Source: Tubiluchus corallicola | Taxonomy: Eukaryota; Animalia; Priapulida | Assembly (NCBI GenBank): GCA_030141605.1 | Contig: JAQGDQ010000115.1 | Span: 62,001-126,000 of the forward strand | Direction of reading: 5' to 3' | DNA: 64,000 nt | Part shown: piece after piece, positions 52,149-64,000 of the stretch | Numbering within the stretch: position 1 is the stretch's first letter | Layout: the number at the start of each line of letters is the position of its first letter | Notes under the pieces: model-generated | What the model saw: the letters and a program-made list of their open reading frames with translations, nothing else | What the model was told of the DNA's origin: nothing | Database searches by the model: none | Program-made: the position numbers and the translations under genes

Positions 52149-52396
52149 TTTTGCTAATTCCTCCAATGTTATGCTAATAGTCTTAAAGTCTGCGTCTAAT
52201 TCGTACTCATCGGAATCTTTATCCCATGTTTTATCAGGTCCTTGCACAATTACTTCTATTGGAGTGTTCTGATCGTAACCGAAATTCATCTTTGTTCTTC
52301 GACCAATAGATGAATCAATGAAGAAAGAAAACTCTACGTTGTTCTCTCCCACAATGAGACCTTCACTAAAAACCGTGACAGGTAGATCCCGCTTAC
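52149..52396 (-). CDS. CLCA: CLCA exon: beta-sheet-rich region
   Basis: KRDLPVTVFSEG...FFIDSSIGRRTKMNF...; phase 1 to 0. Confidence 0.88.
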
Positions 52397-52658
52397 CTTG
52401 AGAGTAGAAGAGAAGAACAATAATTGTAACAAACTCCTAAAAAGTTTTTAATAGAAATTATCCTAAATTCTCCTAATTAAATAGTGACGTCAGTTATATT
52501 GATTACTGAGACATCAACACGCCACGAGACTATGGAACAAATATGAAATCAAAATAGTATAAGAGTGGTAGCAAAGAACTTAATTCAAATAATAACAAGG
52601 ACTTAATCGTAATACGATCATACTCTTGTCTGTTCGCCTGCTCAGTCGCAAAACACAA

Positions 52659-53163
52659 CAGGGCGTGTTTCAAGGGGTGATGTGGGGATACTTCCCCGGG
52701 GCCTCACCCACCAGTGGGCTTCGCGCCGAGGTAACTCTTTTTTTGCTTTATGCGGACATACTGCCTCTTCTCTCCCTCCCTCTCTCTCTCTTGCTGCACG
52801 AGCGCCTTTTGCCTTGTGCGGCTCGGTGCCGATGTTCAGCTGTTTCGGAATTTCTAACACCGGCTTGTACGGAAGTGAGAGTACGGTATTACATATTGCA
52901 AAGATGTTGTTTTTGATTTGACTATTTGACAAGTATTAAGGACTGGTCTTGAGAATAAAGCAGTTTTTCTTTCAGTTGTTGTTTCCTTTAACAACTGTAT
53001 AACTATATATTTTCTTTTCGAAAATGCTTCTCCGGCGTTCTAGCAGTTCAAAAATTTTATGGGTGCCAACCATGGTGCACCCGGTCCCCGGCGCTTCGCC
53101 CCCCCCCGAGGGGGTCTCACACACCCAATTCCCCGGGCCTCGCTTAGGCTGAAATAGGCCCTG
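52659..53163 (-). mobile_element. hAT-type MITE, family A (inverted copy)
   Basis: Reverse-complement homology to 26884-27356; TIRs present, no TSD seen. Confidence 0.88.
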
Positions 53164-53831
53164 GTTCCTTGTCGTGTCTTCTTGTTACGACAATCTTTCC
53201 TCGACAGAGAGAAAGCTTCCTGGCCTAGAGTTTTTCCAAGCTTCACTTAAAGAAAGTTTTGCTGTGGTTAAAGCACAAGAAATCCTTTACTTAGAGAAAG
53301 CTCAAAAAGTTCGTGCTGAAATTTTGTATCAGTTACGTAGAACCTTATTGCACACAGAGCTTGCATTGGCAGCAACATTGTATAAAACTGGAAAAATGCA
53401 ATGACTACTAGTTGCAGCCATTTTAGCAGTAGGTCATTTGAAATAAGCTTATATGGCAATGCATAATTATATGAAAAATTATCAGAGCATTTATAACACA
53501 GATTTCACTAACTAAACAAATGTATAGATTACTGTATCTTGGCAATAAGGGTAAAAATAAGTTTTTGGTTAGTCAGTTGTGCACACTAGGGAGCCGTGAC
53601 GGTTTGCCAAATGGTGTAAACATTTATAAAGCATTTTATTTTTCAGAAAATAAGTGTATTCAAGCAGGTAAGCATAACTCATAAGTAATACAACTTCATG
53701 TGGCAAGTTTTTGGGAAATACTTCAAAATTGCCTTTTATTCCCATTTAATTATATTTAATAATTATATTTATTTTATAAATAAATAACAATGTTATATAA
53801 ACCGTACAGAAAAATAATGATTATTTCTTAC

Positions 53832-54000
53832 TTGCTCCTCTAGAACCTATTTCTATCAAAGCCTCATTGAAAGCGTTTGATGTTGTATCGTCATTATAGA
53901 AAAACAAAAGACCTCCAGTTAATGTCGCCAGCTCCTCTAATGGTGCAGATGCATCAACACCCACGGCGATAGAATCCACAGTGATTTTGTAACCAATTAC
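53832..54000 (-). CDS. CLCA: CLCA exon: end of vWA domain
   Basis: ITVDSIAVGVDASAPLEELATLTGG. Confidence 0.92.
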
Positions 54001-54500
54001 CTGCATGCAATTACATACATACAAATATATATATATATATATAAGTTTAGTATGAGGTTCTTTTTTCAGCAAAATAATGTTAGAATGGGTCGTTTCTGTC
54101 TGAAAACGTCAGAAAACTTACGCATTTTTTATGTTTTTATATTTTATTTATATTGTCAAATAGCAAAGCTATGCTCAAAAGAGAAATTTCCAGTTTATTA
54201 GAATAGCAAACAGTCGTCTTAAGTTCTCCAACTAGCAACCTGTTAAAGTTCAAAAACTGTATTTTCCTTCACTTTTATAATTTATTCGAGCTAAACTGTG
54301 TCATACGTCTCTCAGTTTTAACAAACAAATGACATTAAGTTATTAATGGAGTTTCAGAATATTAATCTCAAGGGTTAGACTTCACACAAAAACAACAAAA
54401 AAGGAGAACATATAACAGCCTCTTTTCGAATCAACCAGATAGATTGCCATACAAATGCCATATTTTGTTGCCCGATGAGTTTTTTCCGATGCATTAACAG

Positions 54501-54968
54501 CAGTGGTGGCTCGTAGCTAAAATTAGTGGTAGTGCTGCTTCAGAAAATTTTTAGCCATTGCTTTAATACTGTGTAAAACGATACTAACATAATTATGTAA
54601 TTTTAGCAAACAAATATAAAAAAGTTTATACATCCTTGATACAATCCTAAACAAAAAGAATATTTTTTGCAAACTAATAGCTTAAATTGTCCAGTCACCG
54701 TAAGCATTTGACAACTGACAACAAACTGTGTGAGTAACAGTACTTTCTCTGCCTGGGCTCAGACATGTGCGCATAGCCGCATGCGTACAACATCCAAACA
54801 CCGCATTGTTGGAGTGCACTGTGCTCGGCCGGGAAGCAAACATTACTACCCTCACGTGCTTTGGTTCTGTACAAGTATAAAGAAAGAACTAAAAAAAAGA
54901 CTTATTATATTATCGATGATATTGAGCGAAAATAGGGGGTGCTGCAGTTCCACAGTACCTGTACACGC
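54501..54968 (+). mobile_element. hAT-type MITE, family B (right TIR damaged)
   Basis: Collinear homology to 10872-11382. Confidence 0.8.
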
Positions 54969-55180
54969 TAATTTAACAGCTAAATTGAATATGTCTGGAG
55001 AACCCTTGGACCTGTACGCACAGGAAAATGTGCACAGGTTGTAAAACAATTTGTGACCAGATGAGAATTTTCCAAATTTCTTCCTGAGATTAAGCTATTA
55101 ACTTTTGTGCCATTTCAGAGTGTTTTTATTAAACAAGTACGACAGCCTAAGTCCAATAAGTTGCAACAGTGAATACTTAC

Positions 55181-55311
55181 CTCATCTTGAACATCACTTA
55201 TGAAAGGACGTCTGTTTTCTTCGCCATCGCTTACTACTAGGAAATAACCCCCAACAGGATCGATCTGATTTCCATCAAGTTCCTTAAGCACTTCTATTCC
55301 CTCAAGTAGAC
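55181..55311 (-). CDS. CLCA: CLCA exon: vWA domain (SDG)
   Basis: GLLEGIEVL...GGYFLVVSDGEEN. Confidence 0.92.
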
Positions 55312-55871
55312 CTGTTTACAAACTTATACAATGAAAAGTCCATATCAAGTTATTACAGCAGCACTTGTATTGTTAAAATGCTAGGTTAATATGCAGGGTT
55401 ATCCATAATCTTGAGTAAGTGGTCATTTGTGCTAACCGTTGTAACGCTATATAAACCTTTTCTTGCATTAAACATTCATTTGCTTATTTTTACAAATTAT
55501 TCGATATAATTATATGCCACGGCATTTTAATTTCTTATACTTTAGGAAATTTTCCTTTACAAAATGGAAACCGCCTTTGGATACATTTTTTTTCACTCTA
55601 GCTTTTCCAAAATATGATAAATTCAATCAGGGGAAAATCAAACCGATATGAAATAATTTTGCTAACTATTGAGTTGTCAATTTGAAAAATTATTAAGTAT
55701 TTGAACAAGTTAATCTTGCAAAGTTCTGAATTATTTATTTTGTTTACCAATACTTTAAACTATGTTTTGAAGAATTTACATAGAAATTACCTAATAACTG
55801 GCAAAGTAGTTTTGCTGGTTATATACGATACAACAGGCTGTGATCGCAACAGTATTACACTTTTACATTAC

Positions 55872-56061
55872 CTGCCCCAACACTTGTCCATCCTGCGGCC
55901 CTAGTAGGCAACTTGCTAACAAGCTCTGCACGTGTGGTATTGCTAATTTTTGTAAGTTTTGCAAGTGTGTATGCTATTCCATAATTATCTCCACCTTGAA
56001 ATTCAACAATTCCTACGTATTCTCCGTCTCGCGCTATATCCATAATATACTGGCGGCACGC
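55872..56061 (-). CDS. CLCA: CLCA exon: vWA domain
   Basis: ACRQYIMD...VGIVEF...LPTRAAGWTSVGAG. Confidence 0.92.
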
Positions 56062-58173
56062 CTAAATTGGAATGAACGTCAGCGTTAGAAACTCCAGCAG
56101 TAATGTAGACTAGTTAACTACTTCAGGACGGTAAAAGTTTGATGCATTTTCCAAAGATTCCTGAAAAACTGTTCTCATTTGGCAATGATTATAAGCTTTT
56201 ACTTTTCACACCATAGCCTTTCATAGAAAAACACGCATAAAATGCATTTGTTTAGACAAGTTTAAAAACGATTTTTTACAAAAAAGTGGAAAATAGCATT
56301 CAGAAACTCCAGTATGCGCATCGTAATAAATTACAGTATAACTTGTGTGAAATTCGTTGATGCAGAAAATTTCACCTATCCAGACCCAACAGTCTGGTAC
56401 AGAGGAAGAATAATCCATTTGTAAGGTTCTTACGCATAGATAACTAGATATTGCTGTAGTATAGTCTATGGGAAGGGCTTCCTACTTATCACCCCTCCTT
56501 TCATTGGAAAGTGCATGACACAGATATCCAGGAGAGTACAGTGGAACTGCTGAATCTAAAAGCAGCCAAAATGCTTTAACTTTTAACTTTAACTTGACTT
56601 TACGAAAATGGTTAAAAATCATAATCTTGGTTATAAGAGTCTCTGAAGCACTAAACTTGTGCACATCTACTGTTTGACTGATCTAACAGAAGTCAAACCA
56701 AACTACTTCAGTTTTGATGTTGTGGATGGAGCTTTTTTCACACTGATTAGATGTTGGAACTCTCTACGATGTGCCTTATCCTAAACTACATGGAGAGGCT
56801 TGACTAGTCACCAGCTTCCAGACGTTGTGGATTGTGGACATATCCTGCGTCAACCACAAAGACTTGTGAGCCATTCCTTAGTTCATGTTTGATTGGTGCT
56901 GCAGCCGGCGTCATCAACGTTGATTGTTATGGCCATAGATTTGAAGTCGTTGATGTATTGCTGTGACTGACTGGGGTGAGCTACGTCCGCGGACTCCTCT
57001 CCCATGTCCTTGTCCTCTCAGAGGAAGGGTTAACTGATATTTTGTTTTTCTCTTCACTTTGTCATTTTTTCTTATTGTTAATTGTTATTGTTATTGTTAT
57101 TGTTATTGCCTTTACGCTAAACTGTTATTGATAGTTGTGATAATATGACCAGTTCTAATTTATCTAAATGAGCTAAAAAGTAAATAAAAATAGTAAAAAT
57201 AATCATAATCTTTTCCTCCATTTCATATGAGATTTTGTTGTTGGAAATACCCGCTGGTTTTTCAAGTGAGCCCTTGGACATTGCAATCTCTCTTAAGACA
57301 TATTAAGACACGTATGTAGCACAACCCTTTTATTGTGAATGAAAGATGACGCGACAGATTAGTCAGATTTGTGAATGAGTTGGGAGGTAAAGAGTTGCAC
57401 CCCACCAAAAAAATCTACTAGCTCCCAATATCATTTTTAAGGAGAAATTTCTGTTAAAAGATGAGACGACCTTAATTTGTGGTTGGCTGATCAGCAACCT
57501 GTTCTCTTGGGCTGTAGCAAATAAGCGATCAATAAAATAGTGTGCACGATAACGCAAGTGCACACCAGACTAAGCCACTCGATAGGCTAAGTTGGAGTTC
57601 CTGATAAAAGTGTGTTTTTTATATTATCCAATTAAATCACTTGTAAATGCTTAAACAAATAGCACGATTGGATAGTAGAGATTCTCTTGAATAGAACGCT
57701 ACCTAATTTGAAATCATTTAGTTATGTCTGTGCTCATACAGTAGTAAAAAATTCATCGGTCTTATAAGACTTATTTTGAACGGTGCTGTCCCGAAGGAGT
57801 TAAAAAAACGTAGAACTGCAAGGGCTTGCAAACCCAAACTTGAGTAAGTTTTAGTATCACTCATTGTTAAAGTACTGTAAGCTTCTCAACACAAATGTAT
57901 CAGAGTTAATCAAATTGAAAAGGCACTTTTACAGAAAAATCAAAAAAGGAAAACTCACTGGCTGAAACTTGGGCTAGACGGAGGCAAATTGTACTTTTTA
58001 AATAAAAAAATTGAAGAGACTGCCGAAGGAGCACCATCATTAAAATCTAGGACCACGCCAGCGCCATTTTGCTTGAATTGTATGTAATAGAGTGATTTCA
58101 CATAAAACTAAGTAAGGGATTTTTTCAGTCAAGTTTTTGGCATAACTATACTAGTAACGAAGATGTACTGAAC

Positions 58174-58335
58174 CTGTCGCAGCATTGTTAGTCTATCCCC
58201 ATCCATACTTCCTGAGACGTCAAGTATAAGAACTGTTCGCTTCATTCTCGCTTTGAGCCACCTGAATTCTGGCACGGTAGATTCTACTTCGCTCGGTGGA
58301 TTCGCATTAAAAAAATCGCCGTGGCTTCGTAAAAC
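58174..58335 (-). CDS. CLCA: CLCA exon: start of vWA domain, MIDAS DxSxS
   Basis: VLRSHGDF...RTVLILDVSGSMDGDRL. Confidence 0.93.
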
Positions 58336-58559
58336 CTTAAAAGAGGTTACCTTAAGTACGCGTTCTAGCATAATACTCTTGCTTTTCGCCCCCCCCCCCC
58401 TCGTTTTTGTTCCACCTGCTTTCCAGGCAATCTCTAGCTTCCTGGGCAGGTAACCAAATTATGATACGCAAAAGCACAAATTCCCATTGAATTTTGTCGA
58501 ATTACTAACATGCGTCTGAATATGTGTCTTGAAAATCTATAAAACAGTTAAATTCTTGC

Positions 58560-58999
58560 TATCGGTTTTACACGTCAAATGTAGACACAGGAAAGTTCAA
58601 ATGTGACTTAGGTAAGTCAAATGTATATGCATTACTTTGAATAAATCGGTAATTAAGTTAATTCAGTGCTAATTGGAAAAAGATAAACCAAAGATGCATC
58701 TATTAGTAGGCCTATAACGTTGTTATTTTAACTTAGGAGCAATTATTAAATTGAAATTAACGAAGATTAAATTTAACATCCTTAAACTTTACCACCTATC
58801 CACATTTGAGATACGGATGTCACATTTAACTTGACATGTGTCTACATTTGACTTACCAAAAGCGCTCAAGATTTGTTGAAAACCATGGTTAACACATTTG
58901 AACTACCTAAGTCTACCTTTGAGTTACCAAGACACATTTGAATTACCTAAATCTACATTTCAGTTAACGCAGGTCTACATTTGACATGTAAAACCTATA
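58560..58999. mobile_element. Foldback-like MITE, family C
   Basis: Same termini and subrepeats as 18303-18975. Confidence 0.85.
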
Positions 59000-59863
59000 A
59001 TATCCCTCACCGGCTTAATTGCCTAACTATTCTTTCGAAAAGTAAAATCATTGATTTTACCAAATTTAATTATTAAACTGCTATACTGTAAGTGTCAAAA
59101 ACTACCTGTCGATGATCTAATACTGTCGCAATATTAGCATATCTTTTTTCGGGTTAATATATCAGTTTACATAAAAAAAAGCTGCAAACCACATTCAAAC
59201 TAGAAATTGTAAAATTTACGAGTTGAAAATATACGCGTCATTTATGCAGAGCTTTGTAATCTGTTTACAGCATAATAAAATTTAGTAGCAAGAACTTGTT
59301 TCACGTATTCGAAAGACCTTAGCTACTTGTCGATAAAAGACTACTCCTCCATAAGTCGTCATTAATATTACTGATGAGCCATTCGCTGTTATTAATTAGC
59401 GTTAATTGTTAAGGTCAGTTTCTGGCCTTAACATGTAGGTGGCAGCACCTATGTGAACTTACCTGTAATTTTACCTGTGAAGTTGTAAATTGGGTTGTAC
59501 CTCGCTAAACACGCTCACAGAAGCCTCAGCAAATGTTAAGTAATGTTTGATAAATGTTCAAGTTATTATTTGTAGCGTCTTTACCTGATTTGCTGTAAAC
59601 CAATATGAAGTTTCAAGGATCTATTAAGTTGTTATAGCCGCACGATGTGAGTAATGTTTACTTTATTATCTTAAATTATAATAATTACATTATTATACAT
59701 TATTATACATTTGTAAGCAGTGAAAAGCAGTCTAATTTATTATTTCATTTTTTTATATATACAGAAATAAAGATTTCTGAGAACACCATATGCTATGAAG
59801 GAAATTCTTTGTGTTCCCGTCACATTAATTATTTACTGTATTTTACTGAAAAACTGCACTTAC

Positions 59864-59971
59864 TGCCCAGACACTACGTTGTTGACACTGTTTGTTTTGC
59901 TGATTAGGAGCTCGTCTGTTATGCAACTGTGACTCAGGCGTACCAGGTTCGTCATCACAAAACGAATCTAT
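59864..59971 (-). CDS. CLCA: CLCA exon
   Basis: IDSFCDD...HNRRAPNQQNKQCQQRSVWA matches the CLCA HNxxAPNxQNxxCxxxSxW pattern. Confidence 0.93.
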
Positions 59972-60109
59972 CTGAAAAAAATAAAATGAAACATAATTTT
60001 ATAACATTGTAAAGATAAGACATCCAATTGCACCTGTATAGGTGAACACTCAGGCAAACAGACGAAAGCATGGAAGATAGTTGGATGTGGAAAAAAGAGG
60101 GAAAGAGAA

Positions 60110-60299
<190 letters not shown>

Positions 60300-61238
60300 A
60301 GAGGAGGTCTGAAGAGTCATAAGAAGCAAGAAACAACTGTATTAAGTATTAAGGATGGTTGCACTTCAAACATAATTGGATGGCCGTAATTTCGAATTGC
60401 AAGAGCTGTATAGGCCTAGTGTTCGTAAATAGTTTTAATACAACAGCAAGACATCTTAATATTTTTTTAATTTACTTTCCTATTTTTTATACTGCTTGAA
60501 AGTTATTAACGCAATGTGGTAACTTAAACTAAAGTAAACAATATGTTTAACTTGAACAGTGTAAATGGTCTTGAAGTCACATACATTTTGCATGCAATAC
60601 TCACTAATTTTATTTGCTTGCTTTGTTTTATTATCTTTTCTAAAATGAACTCCAACACAGTTATTAAAATTATAAAAAACTAAAATAATTTATTAGCGGC
60701 TAGCATATGTATTACTTTAAATTTTGTAACAGTACATGAAAATGGTGTTGGAATTGTATGCACTGTATGTATTATAATCACTTTTTGTTTACATATCTTA
60801 TTTTATGACGCTTTCTAAAATAATAAGCAAAATAATATCCAAAATAATAAGCCTTTTCACAGTTCCATAACTGATCACGTTAAAAGGTCAAGGGTTAAGT
60901 GTACCAGTCAATGCATTTGTGTACACTTGACAGTGCCTCGCAGTCCATGCTATTGTAACAGTAACAGTTTTAACAGCTAGCTAGAACCTTACCTAGTTCA
61001 TTTTTTCTAGCAAAATCCTACTTGTAAACCACCCCACACACAGACGAATCCATAATTAAGTAAAGTCCGCCTAAAACAATTGAAGTTACTAAACTGATGC
61101 GGGAGATGGCTTTGCTTTACACACGTCACGTGATGGTTGTAGTTAAGACGCGTTGCTGTGGTACACTTAACCTTTCACCTACAGCAACTGCGCGTGCGGG
61201 CAGCGAAATTGTGGAAATGCTTATTATTAAAAATTTAC

Positions 61239-61378
61239 CTGACTAAGATAATGCTTGTACATTAAAGACGCGCTTGAAGATCCACCATCGGCATCTTCCC
61301 AGCGACACTCGTCGGGGGGTTTATTTGTCTGCGGATCGATATAGCAAGTTTTCCCGCTGTTTATATCTATTAACTCAC
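61239..61378 (-). CDS. CLCA: CLCA exon: Cys-rich region
   Basis: ELIDINSGKTCYIDPQTNKPPDECRWEDADGGSSSASLMYKHYLSQ; phases consistent. Confidence 0.9.
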
Positions 61379-61797
61379 CTATACGTTGAAAATAATGTCA
61401 ATATTATTTTACTTTAAATTTTAGTTAGTACACAATGTTTTGATAACTATTTTAGTATTATTTCAGACAGAAATTATCAAGCACCCTTAACATATTTTCA
61501 TTTTGCTTGCAATCTTTTGCATTTGCAAAACATTTTTAAAATGTTCTTGTGTGATTTTTTTGCTATTTTTTACAAAACTTTAGGAAAGAAATGCGCATGC
61601 GCATAAATACATTTCACGTATAATGTGAATCGAAAGTATTAAATGTATTTAACAGGTGCACAAAACCTACTTATTCAACATGAAACGCTCAATGTTCATA
61701 ATTACATTCAAATTGGAATAACAAACTTTGATTGCAGTGTGGGCAGATTTCGCTAAATCTTTGAATACAAAATTTTGCGATTGCAGTTTTTAGTTAC

Positions 61798-61930
61798 CTT
61801 CCAAAGCCAAGCTACAGCGCACCCCCGTGTATTCCCCGTCTGCTTCTAAGTATGTCCACTCCCTATCTGTCTCCAACGGATACTCTTCATAAACACCCCA
61901 ACGCAGACGGGCCCATTCGTGCACAATTGC
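61798..61930 (-). CDS. CLCA: CLCA exon: metalloprotease motif region (HEWAR variant)
   Basis: AIVHEWARLRWGVYEEYP...VRCS versus canonical HEWAHLRWGVFDEY. Confidence 0.93.
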
Positions 61931-62096
61931 CTAAATTAAAATGTTTTGCTTACTGACATAAAATTTGAATAATAACGACAGTTGCAATATTATATACTGG
62001 AGATTTATTGGTGCTGTTTCTTCAATATCTCAGGAACAATATAATTCTCTTAAGCGGCGGCAAAATGCGGAGAGCAATCTGGGCAGTCAATTAGTC

Positions 62097-62305
<209 letters not shown>

Positions 62306-62762
62306 ATACTATTTTTTCGAAATTGCAGCATAATTTTTAATTTTTTAACAGCATTAAAATAAGAATATTTCCACATTATAACAATTTAAACTAAATGGGA
62401 CAGTAAATAATACAGCAATTAGTCAAATGAAGTACAATAAAAATAATGAATTACTTATATCCGTTCTAGTATCAGATTAAGTTCGTTTCTGTTCAAAAAT
62501 TGAAGATGTGCTCGATTACATAGACGATATCTTTCACAAATAATGCAAGATAATTCTGCTCATTGGTCACATTGTAAGCGCACTTAGAAGCAATCTGTCT
62601 TACATACGAAATTACATTATCGTTGTATACATTTCGATTGTTGTTATGTTCATATCTCAATAGTTGTGAGTTGTAACCCAAAGTAGAGTTTACAGAATTA
62701 GTTGCATTTTTCGCAAACAATTTACGACACAGTTTTCACTACCAAGACAGTTTTGACTGTAA

Positions 62763-63439
62763 GGCCCGTGTCAGACAGAGCTGGACATAAACCCGTAAGG
62801 CACAAGCCACGAGGAGAAAAAGTCACTTCATGAAAAATGACCACATGCTAGCCATTGGTCCCTGTCACACAAATAATCCATTTGACGTCTTCCGCCAAAA
62901 GAGGCTTGCCTACCGTAAGGCGTCAGCCATAATTCGCGGTAGGCTCCTCACAAGTCGTTTTGAGCTGTTCATAAGGCGCCTTATGGCAAAATGAATTTGG
63001 CCATGAATTTCGTTTGCCATAAGGCGTTTTTGCTTATCGCTAATGTGAAAATTAGTTTAACTAAGCTTTTTTCTAAAATAAAAATCATTTATATCATAAG
63101 AATTCATAACATCAATGAATACAAGTAATGTAAGCTACATGCAGGAGACTGCATACCAGTTAATCATACAATGTACGCTATTGACAATCAGTTATTCCGT
63201 AATGAGTAAAATTATATAAACTATTGCCTATAGTATCTGTAATATAATATAATGTTAAAATATAACAGTTTCGTGCCTCCGGCCAAAACGGATTGTGGCA
63301 AACGCCTTGCTAGTTGCCCAGAGCCAGGCGCATACCGTGGATTACGACATGAGCATTACGGAAGATGGAAGACGCCTCGTGGATTACGGATTATGGATTA
63401 TGGCATGCTCTTTACGGCTTTTTCTGTGTGACACGGTCC
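62763..63439. mobile_element. PIF/Harbinger-like MITE
   Basis: TAA|ggcccgtgtcagacaga ... tctgtgtgacacggtcc|TAA. Confidence 0.8.
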
Positions 63440-63477
63440 TAATACTGACTGTGCGCGCATTAGAACTAATCACTTAC

Positions 63478-63727
63478 TTTATCATATGGACCATACTGAT
63501 TACCAATACTTGGATTCATTAGATAATCTGGAGTTAGATGCATATACAGTCCTATATCACCACACAAATTAGGATTAACTGTAAATGGCTGGTTGTTTGG
63601 GGGACTGGATATTCCTATTTCAACGTCCGAGACGTCGATACTTTCATTGGCTGCTGGTTCGTACTTTGGGTCATCTGACCAAGAATTTGGCACAAGTACA
63701 GCAATGTCATGAAAATACGCTCTTTGC
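63478..63727 (-). CDS. CLCA: CLCA-family protein, first exon visible (CLCA_N domain)
   Basis: QRAYFHDIAVLVPNSW...PFTVNPNLCGDIGLYMHLTPDYL...YGPYDK is the CLCA N-terminal pattern; ttcag|...|gtaag. Confidence 0.92.
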
Positions 63728-64000
63728 CTGAAATAAAAAAATACAATAACAAGTGTTATTCGCTTTGTTGTTGTTTTTGTTGTTGTTGTTGTTGTTATTA
63801 CTATTATTATATTAGTAATTATTATTATTGTTACTAATAGATTATCAATAATACATATGCATTAACATTAACATATAGCATCGTCTATTCTTATTAATAT
63901 TATCTTAGTAATTCGGTCTGTAACTCTTTATTGTAGGTAACGACATTTTTCAAGAAAAACAAGACATCACTGAAATTATTTATTTATTTTGAATAACAAT

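Overview
AT-rich, microsatellite- and transposon-dense animal (probably invertebrate) genomic DNA with GT-AG introns. I reconstructed three spliced genes by hand with phase-consistent splice sites. (1) The 3' part of a divergent pentraxin-domain gene on + (5 exons, 805-11451). (2) A complete clan-2/CYP2-like cytochrome P450 on - (7 coding exons, 25635-19543, 505 aa), plus a stray 374-bp copy of its second exon. (3) A CLCA-family gene on - (19 exons, 63727-37225, 5' end outside the window) with a vWA MIDAS and a C-terminal transmembrane helix. The most notable feature is a near-identical 4.7-kb tandem duplication inside CLCA: its junction fuses the end of the FnIII domain in frame to its start, giving a new chimeric exon and a predicted two-FnIII protein. 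The CLCA zinc motif reads HEWAR instead of HExxH. The window also holds two TSD-flanked copies of a composite 5S-rRNA/RTE-derived SINE, MITE-like elements resembling several superfamilies (hAT, piggyBac, Tigger, Harbinger, Kolobok) and LINE fragments. Most ORFs in the supplied track are spurious. Family assignments come from motif recognition only; no searches were run.
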